Part shown: positions 37,799 to 53,835 of the stretch, piece by piece
Position numbering within the stretch: the stretch's first letter is position 1
How the letters are laid out: each line of letters opens with the position of its first letter
DNA from: the human T2T-CHM13v2.0 reference genome, Homo sapiens
Reading direction: 5' to 3' (one strand)
DNA: 64,000 nucleotides
Assembly (NCBI RefSeq): GCF_009914755.1
Contig: NC_060947.1
The notes under the pieces: model-generated
Databases searched by the model: none
The model's input: the letters and a program-made list of their open reading frames with translations, nothing else
What the model was told of the DNA's origin: nothing
Program-made: the position numbers and the translations under genes

Positions 37799-38345
37799 CT
37801 GTAAAGCGGTAGGACATTATTTGGGGCTTTCTTGCTTGATACTCATTAATGTATCCACTCATTCATTTATCACACAGTTATTGAATTCCTACTCTGTGCC
37901 AAGCACTTTACTAGCATTTTTGAGGAATATAGACAATACAATCAACATTACAGTATAGCGTGGCACATCCTGTGATACAGATATCGGCCAGGGTGTTATG
38001 GGAGACTTAGGAAGGGTATCAGGGAAGATTTCCTAGAGAAGGTGATTGGGCAGTAGGCAAGGAGGCCAGAAGAATCGGTAGGGGCTAGAACCATAGGGGA
38101 AAGCCTTGAGTAGTAAGCTAAGGGGTTTGACTTTTCCCCTGGAGGCTGTAGGAAGCCATGGAATGTGTTTTTACAAAGGTCTTAATTGCGGTATACAAAA
38201 TCAGGGGCTAGCGACATCCATGCCAGGTTCAACCATTGGCTGTGCTGCATATGTAGCCTGAGGCAAGTTACTTCTTACCTTCTCTGAGCTTCTCTTTCAT
38301 CATGTGTGAAGGGAAAATATTAATAGATCTACCTTATTTGGGTAT

Positions 38346-38703
38346 TGTGAAGATTAAGTAAGAAAAAGTGCCTAAGTACCCATCATATGGTAGGTGTTTA
38401 ACAAATGGTGATTATGATCAGGTTTAAGCCATAGAAAGAAATGACATGTAAGACATGCTTCTCAGGTTATTAAAATCCATTTGAAATTGCCAAGCTAGTC
38501 TCAATATCAAGGCCATATTTGATGTGAAGATTAAGTAAGAAAAAGTGCCTAAGTACCCACCATACGGTAGGTGTTTAACAAATGGTGTTTATGATCAGGT
38601 TTAAACCATAGAAAGAAATGACGTGTAAGACAGGCTTCTCAGATTATTAAAATCCATTTGAAATTGCCAAGCTAGTCTCAATATCAAGGCCATATTTGAT
38701 GTG
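38346..38703. repeat. 177-bp direct tandem duplication (2 copies)
   Basis: Copies start at 38346 and 38523 and differ by 7 substitutions. TGTG occurs at all three junctions. Confidence 0.95.
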
Positions 38704-38719
38704 GTGGCAAGTCGGATGA

Positions 38720-39062
<343 letters not shown>

Positions 39063-40601
39063 TGATGATAATTTCTTGATTACAGATTATTTGCGAGGCA
39101 CTGTGCAAAGTGATTTATGCACATCATTTCATTTAATCCTAGCAATAACCTTAAGAGTTAGGTATTATTATTCCCAATTTTACAAACAAAGGAATTAAGG
39201 CTCAAAGAAGTTAGTTTGTACATAGTCGAACAGTTGGGTAGTGGTAGAGTTTGAATTCAAACCTAAGTTAGTCTGAGCCTATCTTATATTAGCCACCTTG
39301 TTCCACAGAAAGCAGTTTTGTTTCTTTGAAGGACAGGGCAGCGAATGGGCAGTGAGGCAAGGTTAAAGAATCTAGACTTTATTACCCTGTTTCTCTGCCC
39401 TCGAGTAAGACTGACTGTTCATACTGATTTCAAGTGCCCTCTGGAAACATGCCTCTATAACCTCCCAGGGGCCCCTTGACCTTGGATCTGTGGCACCTGG
39501 TACTGAACCTGAGGTGGTCATAGTTACTTTCCAAAGTGCTCTGGAACATTTACAACAAGGAGCCCCCTTGTTTTGACACTAGGACAATATTAGACTCTGT
39601 AAGAGGAGGCATTGGGGTAAGCCTAGTTATTTTTAATGCTGCTATTACTACTATTGTTTATTGAGCACTTGCCACATGTCAGAAATTCTGTACTTCAATC
39701 CTTACAGCAACCCTATAAGGCAAGCACATTGTCATCATCATCTCTAGTTTAGAGATGAGGAAACTGAGGCTCACACAACTAAGTTCACACAGCCGGTAGA
39801 TGCAGATTCAAGCAGAAAACTCGTTCATTCATTTTTACAAACCTTGCATTTTCATTTCTTCCTTTGCCTCTGTACCTATAACACCTTCAAACACAGATGT
39901 AATCCTCCTGAATTCTTTTACTGCCCACAAGTTTTATTTACCACATAGTTTAAGCCCTATTTTTAATGATGTATATACAAATCGTGTTTCTCCTCAAAAT
40001 TATTTCATGCCATAAAAAGTCACTCTTCCCTCCCTTTATTTACAAATTCATTCCTCTTTAGAAATGAGCACTTATAATAATTACATGCAAGGCCAAATTT
40101 TTACTGTTTAGTGTAAACCCATAATGTGAAATTGAGAATGGTTGAAAAGCACGGTTATGAAAACATCGTGGACTCCAGACTCATCCCATACAATTTCCAA
40201 GGGGAATTTATTCTAAGTACTTTAAAACTTACAAAGAGTTGAATTCTGAACTACTTGGGCCTCTATGCACTCTTAGCAATTCCCCCAGCAGGGAACCAAA
40301 AATGAGAATAGAAAGAAATTGCCTCAACATTGAATTCTTAGACATTTAGAAGGCCTGGAGTCTGAATACTTTAAAAGGCTGTTATTTAAATGTGGGAAAT
40401 GATGTGAAAAGTATAATGTAAAGATAAGATAAATATTGTTTGCTAAAATAAATCATCGGGTTTTTTTTTGTCAAATTCATGGCAATTTTAAAATCCTGTT
40501 AATTCTATTTATTTTTTTCTTATTTGGAGCAGGTAGCTGAATATGCAGAGTTCTGGCACTAGGTGTCAGCAAAAGATTAAACTAAAAACACCCACTTTGG
40601 G

Positions 40602-40935
40602 TTTTTTTCTTTTCTTTTTTCTTTCTACACATATATATTTGAGACAGGGTCTCACTCTGTCACCCAGGCTTTAGTGCGGTGGCATGATCATAGCTCACTG
40701 CAGCCTCGAACTCCCTGGGCTCAGGTGATCCTCCCAACTCAGCCTCCGGAGTAGCTGGGACTACAGCCATGTGCCACCATGCCCAGCTAATTTTTTGTAT
40801 TTTTTTTTTTTTTTTTGTAGAAATGGGGTATTGCTATGTTGCCTGGGCTGGTCTCAAACTCCTTGGCTTAAGCAATCCTCCTGCCTTGGCCTCCCGAAGT
40901 GCTGGGATTACAGTCATGAGCCACCATGCCCGGCC
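40602..40935 (-). mobile_element. AluJ
   Basis: Dimeric Alu in reverse orientation. Confidence 0.9.
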
Positions 40936-41013
40936 TAATCTTCCATATATTTCAAACTTTATAAAAATAAAAATAAAATACATAGTCTGGATTTTAAAAA
41001 GAAGAGACAACAC

Positions 41014-41040
41014 ACTTCCTTGTTGCCATGACAACGTCAG
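41014..41040. promoter_or_regulatory. RFX X-box with adjacent ETS and half-CRE motifs
   Basis: ACTTCCT-T-GTTGCCATGACAAC-GTCA; 13/14 match to the palindromic X-box GTTGCCATGGCAAC. Confidence 0.55.
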
Positions 41041-41540
41041 CATGAGAGAGGCTGGGTTGCTGCTGCTCAAGTAGGCACCTTACAGAGATCCTCATGGCTC
41101 AAGGAATTCAATGTAAGACCGTTTGACCTTTAGCATTGAATGGCTGGGGACTCAATTTTGTGTCAGCTAGAAAGCTGGGGAATGAGAAGTTTGGAGGGTT
41201 GGATGGGGTGGTGAGGTACACTCCTGTAAACCAGATCTTAAAAGTCTAAATATTAAATTATTTTACATAGAAATGTAGTGTTCAAGCCAACCACAGTGCT
41301 TGTGCAGACAAATTCAGTGGATGCTTTTCCCACATGACAAGATTAACAAAATTAACTTAGAGGCTAGCTTTGAGAACCCAGGCTGATCCTAAGGGTTTCT
41401 CAAACTTACTATGTTAATTTTAGCATATCATAGGGTTTTTTTTTCCTTTTAATATCCAGAGCTTTCCCCCCTTCTTGTGATTCCTGTCACAGTAAATGGT
41501 GTTACCATCCAGCAGTCATTGAAAGTAGAACTTAGGGTAT

Positions 41541-41945
41541 TGTTTTAGGTCATTCTTGTGTTGCTAGAAAGAAATACCTAAGGCTGGGTAATTTATAAAG
41601 AAGAGGTTTAACTGGGTCAAGGTTCTGCAGGCTGTACAGGATACATGGCATGTGCATCTGCTGGCTTCTAGGGAGGCCTTGGGGAGCTTTTACTTATGGT
41701 GGAAGGTCAAGCAGGAGCAGGCAGGTCACACGGGGAAAGCAGGAGCAAGAGGAAAAGAGCAGGAGGTGCCACACACTCTTACACAACCAGATCTTGCAAC
41801 AACTGACTCACTATAGCAAGGACAGCACCAAGCCATGAAAGATCTGCCCCCATGATCCAATCACATTCCACCAGGCCCCACCTCCAACACTGGGGATTAC
41901 GTTTCCACATGAGATTTGATGGGGACACAGATCCAAACCATATAA
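41541..41945 (-). mobile_element. MaLR LTR (MST/THE1 family)
   Basis: tgttttaggtcattcttgtgttgcta..gctgggtaatttataaag...atccaaaccatat. Confidence 0.8.
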
Positions 41946-42468
41946 AATATCACTCTTAACTCTTCCTTTATCCTCATTTCCTATAACCAAACAACCCATT
42001 AAGTCCTGCCAAGTCTACCTCCTTAGTCTTTCTTACATCCGTCATATCCTATGTCTGCTCTAGTGTGTAGAGGGACTGGAGAAACATTTGTGTGACAACT
42101 CTTTCCTGAATGCTGTAATAGCCTCCTAAATCGTTTGTATGTCTCTGGTGTTTTCTGCATACTTTTACCAGTGTTATGAAACAAGTCTGTTTGAAACAAG
42201 TCTAACTACATATTTCTGCTGATTTCAACAACTCTCTATCAGAAAAAGCCCAAGTTTATACGCATGAAATATAAGGTCTTCTATATTCTTATTCCTGCCT
42301 ACCTTCCAAGCACATCTCCCACCTTCACATCCTTTATGTTCTAGTACAAATAAAATCATCATGGTTTCAGTGAATTTGCACCCAGTCTTATGGCTTTAAA
42401 TACCATCTTACATACTGCAGACTCCCAAATTTACATCTCCAGTTCAGACTGCTCCCATAGTTCTAGAT

Positions 42469-42824
42469 CAGGGGTCCACGACCTCTGGGCCATGGGCCGG
42501 TACCGGTCTGTGGCCTGTTAGGAACTGGGTCACACAGCAGGAGGTGACTTGTGGGTGAGGAAGCATTACCGCCTGAGCTCTGCCTCCTATCAGATCAGCA
42601 GCGGCATTAGATTCTCATAGGAGCATGAACCCTATTGTGAACAGCGCATGCGAAGGATCTAGGTTGTATGCCCCTTATGAGAATCTAACTGCCTGATGAT
42701 TTGACATGGAACAGTTTCATGCTGAAACCATCCCCTGCTGTCGCCCCCCACCTCCCCACCCTCTATGGAAAAAATTGTCTTCCACAAAACCAGTCCCTGG
42801 TGCCAAAAAGGTTGGGGACCGCTA
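42469..42824 (+). mobile_element. MER1-type hAT-Charlie element
   Basis: CAGGGGTCC...GGTTGGGGACCGCT termini. 8-bp TSD ttctagat/ctctagat. Confidence 0.85.
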
Positions 42825-42951
42825 CTCTAGATTCATACTTATACTATAGTTCCATTTGTATTACTCAGACATCTCAGATTTAACATGTCCAATGCTGAAT
42901 CTTGATAACCACCTCTCCTCAGAAATGAACACATGCCTCTCCTGCAGTCAG

Positions 42952-43390
42952 TCTTCCTTTCTTTCTCTTTCTTTTTCTTTCTTTCTCTCTCTTTCTTTCT
43001 TTCTCTCTCTCTTCCCTCCCTCCCTCCCTCCCTCCCTCCCTCCCTCCCTCCCTCCCTCCTTCCTTCCTTCCTTCCTTCCTCTCTCTCTCTCTCACTCTCT
43101 CTGTCTCTCAGACAAGATCTTGCTCTGTTGCCCAGGAAGGAGTACAATGGTGCAATCATGGCTTACTGTAGCCTTAACCTCCTGGGCTCAAGCAATCCTC
43201 CCACCTCTGCCTCCTGAATAGCTGGGACTACAGGCAAGCGTCACCATACCCGGCTAATTTGTGTATGTTTTGTAGAGATGAGGTCTCATTTTGTTGCCCA
43301 GACTGGTCTCGTACTCCTGGGCTCAAGCAGTCCTCCTGCTTGCACCTTCTGAAGTGTTGGGATTACAGGCATGAGCCACCATTCCCAGCC
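42952..43390 (-). mobile_element. AluJ with CT-rich microsatellite tail
   Basis: Alu body ~43108-43390, preceded by (TTTC)n/(CCCT)n/(CT)n. Confidence 0.88.
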
Positions 43391-44390
43391 TCCCTTCTGC
43401 AGTCTTAAAAATCTCAGTAAATGGCAACTCCAGCTTCCAGTTGCACAGACTACACTCTTCCAGTCATCCTAGAGTCTTCTTTTCCCCTTATGCCATACAA
43501 TCCAACCCATCTGGAGATACTGAAGTTCTTATCTTCATAATATGTCCAAAATGTGACTATTTCTTACCACACCCACTGCTAAGAATCTGGCCCAAACCAC
43601 CATTTTCACTTTTCTGGATGATTATTGTATTCTTCTAATTGCTCTTGCTGTTTGTGAACTTAGCCTCCTTCAATCTATTCTCAACGCAGTAGCCAAACTG
43701 ATCCCATTATAGCCACAAAATCCTACAGTAATTTCTCATCTCACTCAGAGCAAAGTCAAAGTCCTTACAATAATCTAAAAAGCACTACATAATCTGGCTC
43801 TTCATAAATGATAGATATACTCTTACACTAGCCTCTGTACTTGCTGTGCCATCTAGAACGTTCTTCCCCCAGATTCTCAGTTTCCTTCCTTTCTTCAGCT
43901 GTTTTACTCAAGAGCTCCTACTCTGTGTAACATTGCACCCCCTCCTCATGCAATACCTTCAAGTCTTATTTATTTTTTTCTCATTAGCACTTACACTTTT
44001 CTAATGTACTATGTTCTTTAGGGATTTTAATATGTTTCCCCTATTACAATGTAAACTCCACAAGGATGGGTACTTTTGTAAATTTTGTTCACTGAATATC
44101 CCATGGTCTAGAAAAGTGCCTGCAACGTGGTAGGTGTTAAATAGTGATGATGTTATTAAACTGTTTACACAGTTCTGTACATATTTTATTTGCATATGCC
44201 TTATATATTACCTCTGCCCAGAGGGCTTTCCCCTATCTTCATTTTTCCCCGCTATGGATTGGCAGCATTCTTTTTTCTTAAAAAAATCAGCTTTATTGAA
44301 ATATAATTTACACACCACATAATTCATCCACTTAAGGGGTACAATTCAATGATAGTATTATGTTACAGAGTTACGCAACCATCACCACAT

Positions 44391-44588
44391 TTTTTTTCTT
44401 CAAATTCTATTTTAAGTTCTGGGGTACATGTGCAGCATGTGCAGGTTTGTTACATAGGTAAACATGTGCCATGGTGGTTTGCTGCACAGATCATCCCACC
44501 ACCTAGGTATTAAGCCCCGCATCCATTAGCTATTCTTCCTGATGCTCTCCCTACCCCCACCTTCCCCTCTGAGAGGCCCCAGTGTGTG
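44391..44588 (-). mobile_element. Short L1PA (older primate) 3' fragment nested in L1MB
   Basis: ttttaagttctggggtacatgtgcag..ggtttgttacataggtaaacatgtgccatggtgg. TSD-like catcaccaca/cgtcaccaca flanks. Confidence 0.8.
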
Positions 44589-44970
44589 CGTCACCACAAT
44601 TTTAGAACATTTTTATCACTTCAAAAAGAAGCCAGGTACTCTAGCTATTGTCTCTCTATCTCCATTCCTGCAGCCCTAACCAACCACTAATCTACTTTCT
44701 GTCTCTCTAGATTTGCCTCTTCTGGACATTTCATATAAATGGAATCATATAATATGTGGTTTTTTGTGACTAGCTTGTTTCACTTAGCATAATGTTTCTA
44801 AGCTTCATCCATGTGATAGCATATATCAGTACTTCATTCCTTTTCATGGCCAAATAATATTATATTATATTATATTATATTGATATACCACATTTTGTTT
44901 ATCCATTTGTCAGTTGATGTGCAATTGGGTTGCTTCCACCTTTTGACTATTATGAATAAGACTCCTGTAA

Positions 44971-45401
<431 letters not shown>

Positions 45402-45796
45402 TCATTTCTTTTGAGTTGAGAATTGCTGAGTCATATGACAACTCTAGGTTTAACCGTTTGAAAAACTGCCAGACCATTTTCCAAAGTGAATGCACCATTT
45501 CACATTCCCACCAGTAGTGTATGAGGGTTGAAATTTCTCCTCATCCTCTCCAACATTTGTCATTATCTCACTCTTTGATTGTAATCATCCTCATGGGTGT
45601 GACATGGTAACACATTGTAGTTTTGATTTGCATTTCCCCACTGACTAATGATATTGAGCATCTTTTCATGTGCTTATTGGTTATTTGTATATCTCTTTTG
45701 GAGAAATGTCTAGATCCTTTACCTATTTTCAAATTGGGTTCTTTTTCTTTTTATCATTGAGTTGTAAGAGTTCTTTATATATCCTAGATATAAGTC

Positions 45797-46165
45797 TGTA
45801 TTAATCTGTTCTCACACTGCTATAAAGAACTACCTGGTACTGGTTAATTTATGAAGAAAAGAGGTTTAATTGGCTCACGGTTCCACAGATTTAACAGAAA
45901 GCATGACTGGGAGGCCTCAGGAAACTTACGATAATGGCAGAAGGTGAAGGGGAAGCAAGCACCTTCTTCATATGGTGGCAGGAGAGAGAGAGAGCAAAAA
46001 GGGAAGTGCCACATACTTTTAAACCATCAGATCTCATGAGAACTGACTCACTATCAGGAGAAGAGCAAGGGAGAAATCCTCCCCATGATCCAATCACCTC
46101 CCACCAAGTCCCTCCTCTGATTAAACATGAGATTTGTGTAAGGACACAAATCCAAACCATATTCA
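45797..46165 (-). mobile_element. MSTA-like MaLR LTR nested in L1MB
   Basis: tgtattaatctgttctcacactgctataaagaactacc...atccaaaccatattca, flanked by aagtc-like duplications. Confidence 0.82.
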
Positions 46166-49100
46166 AGTCCCTTATTAGACATAGATGATTTGCAAATATG
46201 ATCTCTCATTCTCTAGGTTGTCTTTGGGTTGATAGTATCTTTTGGAGCACAACATTTTTTAAGTATGATGAAGTTTAATTTATCTATTTTTTTCTTTGGT
46301 TGCTTGTGTTTTTGGTGTCGTATCTAAGGATACTTTGCCAATTTTGAGGTCATGAATATTTACCTTATAATTTCTTCTAAGAGTTTTACAAGTTTAGCTC
46401 TTACATTTACATCTTTGATTAATTTTGAGTTAATTTTTGTATATGGGGTGAGTAAGGGTACAATTTAACTCTTTCACATGTGGCTAACTAGTTGTTCCAG
46501 CAGTTTGTTAAAACAACTATTCTTCCCTGTTGAATGGTCTTGGCAAAAATCAATTGACCATAGGTGTATGGGTTTATTTCTGTACTCTCAATTCTATTCT
46601 ATTGTTTTATGTCTATCCTTATGGCAGTAACACATTGTCTTGATTACTACTGCTTTTTAGTACATTTTGAAATCAGAAGTGTGAATCTTCCAGGTTTGTT
46701 CTTCTTTTTCATGATTATTTTGGCTATTCTGGGTCATTTGCAATTCCAAGTGAATATTAGAATCAGCTAGTCAATTTCTAAAAGGAATCCACCTGAGATT
46801 ATGGTAGGAATTGCATTGAATCTATAGATCAATTCAAAGAGTATTGCCACCTTAACAATATTAAGTCTATTAAGTCTTCTCATCCACAAGCATGGGATAT
46901 TTTTCAATTTATTTAGATATTCTAAAATTTATTGAACAATATTTGTTAGTTTTCAGAGTGTAAGATTTGCACCTCTTTTGTTAAATTTCTTCCTAAACAT
47001 TTTATACTTTTTCAATGCTACTATGAATGGAATTGTTTCTTAATTTCATTTTGGACTGTTCATTGTAAGTGTATAGAAATAAAATTGAATTTTGTATATT
47101 GATTTTGTACCCTAAAAACTTGCTGAATTTGCTTATTAGTTCTAATAGTTCTTTTCAGATTCCTTAGCATTATCTACATACAAGATCATGTCATCTGTGA
47201 ATAGACATCATTTTATATCTTCCTTTCCAATCAGGATGTCTTTTATTTCATCTTCTTGCCTAATTGCCCTGCCTAAAACTTCCAGTACAATGTTGAATAA
47301 AAATTGTGAGAACAGATCGATATCTTCGTCTGATTTTCCATCTCCTGGAAAGCATGTAGCCTTTCACTACTAAGTACGCTGTTAGCTGTGGGTTTCTTGT
47401 AGATACCCTTTATCAATTTGAGGATGTTCTTTCTAATTCTAGTCTGTGGAGTGTTTTTTAAAATCATGAAATAGTGTTAGGATATTTGTCAAATGGTTTT
47501 TCTGTGTCTACTGAGATGATCATGTAATTTTCTTGTTTTGTTGATATAATGTGTTATACTAATTGATTTTCAAATGTTGAACCAAACTTGCATTCCTGTG
47601 ATAAATCTCACTTGGTCATGATACATAATTCTTTTTTGGATTTTGCTGGATTCAGTTTGCTAGTGTTTGTGGTGAATTTTTGTATCCATATTCATAAGAG
47701 ATATTGGTCTGCAGTGGTTTTTTTTTTAGTTGTGATGTTTTTGTCTGTTTTTTCTCTCAGGATAATATTGGTCCCATAGAATCAGTTGGGAGATGTTCCT
47801 TCCTCCTTTTTAATTTGGAAGAGTATGTGATGAACTATTATTAATTGATCATCACATGTTTGGTAGAATTCACCAGTGAGGCTATCTGGGCCTAGGTTTT
47901 TCTTTGTGGGTAGTTTTGCCTTTTTATTTTTTTTTTAACTACATCAATCTCTTACTTGTTATAGGTCTCTTCAGATTGCCTAATTTTTCTTGAGTAAATT
48001 TTGGTAGTTTTTGTCTTTCTAGAAATTTGTCCATTTAATCTAGGTTATTTATTTTATTGGTAGACAACTGTTCATAGTACACCTTTATAATCCTTCTTAT
48101 TCCTGCAAGGTCTGTAGTAATGTTCCCTTTTTTGCCTGGCTAATATATATTCTTCCTCTGAGATCCAATTCACACACCATCTATTTCACAAAGCTTTCTT
48201 TTACACTCCTCCTACCCCCACCCCCACCCCAAAAATCTTTCTGAAATAATATTCAATACCCCTCTTCATTCCCTCATCATATCATTTTACAGACTGTATT
48301 ATTTCCTCTTTATTATGTCTATTTTCCTCCTAGACTGTGAGAAACTTGAGGAAAGAAACTTTGGTCTTAATGACACAAGATGCTTAATGAATGTTTTTGG
48401 AAATTAACTGAAATTAGTGACTGTTATCAAGCTCCCTTAGCCTGATGCATCTATATCCACTATTGAACTACATTTGCTACTCAGAGTAAATATTCCTATT
48501 TTCTCATCAGTGTCCCCTCTTATTCTTATTACTGATCTCTCCCTTTGCCTTTCTCCACACTTGTATAATATGATGACCTCTCTCCCTCATCCACAAGTTG
48601 CCAAGAACTTCCTTAAAAAGCTAAATCTCAGTTTTCCATATTCCACCCTTCTAAATCATCCATGGTTCATTGTAAAATCTCTGGCTGAAAAAAAAACATA
48701 AAGAGCCCTAAACTCATGAAAAGGTACTCAGTCTCACTCCGTAATAAGAAAGGTGTAAATTAAAGCCACACTGAAATACTGTTTTTCACCTATCAGATTG
48801 GCAAAAGACAAAATGTTTGATAATACAAGTAGCAAAGAGGAAGAGAAGGAAAGAAACTTGTAACCATCAAGCAACTACAGTGGACCAGGCACATTACAGG
48901 AAGTAAGCTATTGATTTCCTCCCTCTCCATCTTTTACGTGAATTTGCCAGCTAAAATGAAGTATGTACAAATAAAATACATTTTGCTTGAAAAGTAAGTT
49001 ATTTCTGGACACATATTTGTGTATCAGAAAAGATAAGTGTTTCATATTAAGATAAGGAAAGAGTGTGAATTAGGTTCAACTATACATAATTTACAGATAG

Positions 49101-49609
49101 ATTATAAATCTTTTTCCCTGTCTCTTGCCCTGTGCTCCTCCTAATCCTCATTAGTTAATGACATCAAATGAGAATGCATGCAATTTAGGAAACGATAGTA
49201 GAGAGTACAAAAGGGGATTTCAGTAAGTTTTCAGACAACCTAGAAAGTTCAGCCTCCTTTCAGTGTGATCAGGAAAGACTGAACTATGAACAGGATTCCA
49301 GATTCATCTAAAGTTAAGGTCGAAATTTCTAAAAGTGGGGCTGTGGATCTCTTAGAGGCTTGTAAATCCCTACATTGAATTGTCTGTACACAATAAATAG
49401 ATCTGGTATATATGTGCAATGCTTTAAATTCATATTGATGTTATTGTGAAGAATAAAATATAAATTCACATATGTTTACAAACAAATTTTAATTTTTTCA
49501 TTTTGCAAAAGCAGTACATGCTAATTGTCAAAAACTATGGACTGGCAAGAGGAAGAACATAAAGTTCACCTAAAATTCTACCACCCAGAAGTAACCATAG
49601 TTGTATATT

Positions 49610-50080
49610 TTTTGATAGAAATGATTTAGATTTACAGAAAAATTGTGAAGATAGTATAGAGTTCCAATATAACACACACCTAGTTTCTCCTATTATTAAC
49701 ATCTTATGTTAGCATGGTACATTCGTTTTAATTAGTGAACCAATATTGATTCATTATTATTAACTGAAGCCCATACTGTGTTTGAATTTCCTTAGTTTTT
49801 ACCTAATGCTTTTTCTCTGTTCAGAGATCCCATCCAGGATACCACAGTCGTCATACCTCCTTAGGTTGTTCTTGGCTGTGACACTTTCTTTGATTTTCCT
49901 TGTTTTTGATGACGTTGACAGTATTGGTTAGATATTTGTAGAATGTTTCTCATTTGGATTTGTCTGATGTTTTTTGTAATTTGACAGAAGTTATGGAGTT
50001 TGAGGAGAAAGACTATAGAAGTAAAGTCCAATTCTCATCAGTAAAATGCCATTCCCATCACACCATATCAAGGGTGTGTA
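49610..50080 (-). mobile_element. L1MC/L1MD-type 3' fragment
   Basis: atttacagaaaaattgtgaagatagtatagagttcc...cctattattaacatctta...gatcccatccaggataccac. Confidence 0.65.
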
Positions 50081-50735
50081 CATTACATATATGTGCGTAC
50101 ATGTACGTTGTAATTATATGTGTATGTATATATAATTACATATAATTACAATGTACATACTATTTTGTACTCTGCTTTCACTTAAATACCTGGCACGAAA
50201 CCCTTTCATGTCATTAACAGCAACATATTAATATCTACAAGTTCATTTTAAAATGTTAATGATTCCAGAGGAGATTTATGTCTCCATGTCTTTCCTCAAA
50301 TGATGGATTCTCTGGGTCTACTTCCTATCATGTGCAAGACAGTGTCATTTGTTTACATTATAGAAGTGGGTCTGATTGTAGAGTTTGCATCCTAGACTCC
50401 GACATTTCTCTTTGAGGCTGTAGGTTGGGTTGGGTTTTGTGAGCTATTTTGAATATTTTGAATTCCTTTCAGGATCAGTGATAAGTGAGGAGGTAAGAGA
50501 GATAAATACAGAGGATACGCTATGTAGAGAATTCAGAAAAACAAGAGACTTTTGGATTTATTATCTAAAGGGAGATAATCCAATTCAGAGTCACTACCTG
50601 AGATACTATGGGAACTGACAGTCTCCAAAGGCTATGTTTTGCTAAACCACAGCATATTTCCACGAATTAGGACACAAGGGATGGTAAAGATTTGTGGCAA
50701 TAGATATTTGCGTCATTTAGAAATGTCAACTAGGG

Positions 50736-51079
<344 letters not shown>

Positions 51080-52002
51080 TCATGGTATTTTTTATGAATT
51101 GAAAAGTGACCCCAAATAACTAGCTAATTTGTACTTTGTGGTAGCATTTTATTAAATATTAAAATTTGGTTCTTCTGGGTGGAATTTTACCTAAGATAAT
51201 TACAATATATTATAATTTAAACCAACACTGTGGTTGAACCCAACGTCATATTTTGAGTGTTACTGCCAATTGGACAATGTTTACTTACTACCCCCTATGG
51301 GTTAGAGGTAAACTAACTAGATTATTTGTTTGGGCTTATCTCTGCTTATGTTGATCCAAAAGATGTCATTAATTTCTGCTAACATTATTGTTTGAATGAA
51401 GTGAAATTAAGGGTGTGTTATTATGACTAATACGGTGAATGTATTTATTTATTTATTTTAAGTATTTGACACTGACTCCTGGGGATTACAATAGGAGATT
51501 CTGCTGGCTTTTGCCTACATATCAAGAAAAGTATGTATGCAGTATCATGCCAGGAAATGAGTGGCAGAGGCTTGGACTGGGAACATTATACCAATTGTAA
51601 TGTATTTGCAGCAGTAAACCAGAGGCCAGGGGAGTTACAAAAACAAGACTGCCAACTCACACCGAATGTCTATGCAAATAAGCAATTGAGAGATCTTAGT
51701 TTATTTATTCAAATGTGGTATGCTGACAACAGCAGTGGACTGAGAAGTATGAAGTTCTGAGTTTGGAAGCCTCCTACAACACCAACTCCCTGTGTAATCA
51801 AGACTCATCACTTCCTCTTTCTGAGTTTTCCCCTCCCAAGGCTCTTTCTAGATCTAGCAGCCTATGAATCCTATGATTCTACTAGGTGTGAGGCATTAGG
51901 TGCTTTGTGAGAGCCAAAATTGTATAAGACACTCTTAAAGTTCTTTTTTTGGAGGCTGTATATTTTTAATAGAAATATTAAAAATTTATCTGTCATTGTG
52001 TC

Positions 52003-52638
<636 letters not shown>

Positions 52639-52827
52639 TAGATATTCTGCAAATATTTGCTCCCAGGACTCAAGAAGGCCCCAAGAACTGAGGCAGAGAC
52701 AGAGCACATAAGTGGACAGTTACACAATTCTAACAATGAAGCAAGGCTACAATATTTGTCTTAGCTTCAATTCCATTTATTTTGCTCCAACGATCTATCT
52801 ATACACAGCTGAAAATTAGTGATAACA

Positions 52828-53141
52828 TTGTCTCTTATCTGTTTTGTGCTGCTATAACAAAATGCCACAGACTGGGTAATTTATAACAAACAGAAATGTA
52901 TTTCTCACACTTCTGGAGGCTGGGAAGTTCAAGATCAGGTGCTAACATCTCGTGTCTGGTGAGGGCCTATCATGCTTCCTCACATAGCAGAAGAGCAAAA
53001 AAAGAGCAAACCCACTACACGAACCCTTTTTATAGCAGCACTAAACACCTCCCATTAGGCCACACCTCCCAGCAGTGTTGCATTAGGGATTAAGTTTCAA
53101 CATGCATATTGGAGGGAACAAAAACATTCAAACCATAGCAC
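52828..53141 (-). mobile_element. MLT1/MST-type MaLR LTR fragment
   Basis: tgtgctgctataacaaaatgccacagactgggtaatttataac...aacattcaaaccatagca. Confidence 0.7.
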
Positions 53142-53304
53142 ATTGGTTTAAAACCAATATACCAGAACTTAAGCATGTGTATCATCTCTTTGAAGTAATT
53201 GAACAATTATTCAAAGACACTTGGAAACTGCCTACATAACCTGTGGCGCATATTCAAATTTACTTGGTTGGGAATAGCCAACCAAGTAAACCAAACATCA
53301 CTTA

Positions 53305-53835
<531 letters not shown>

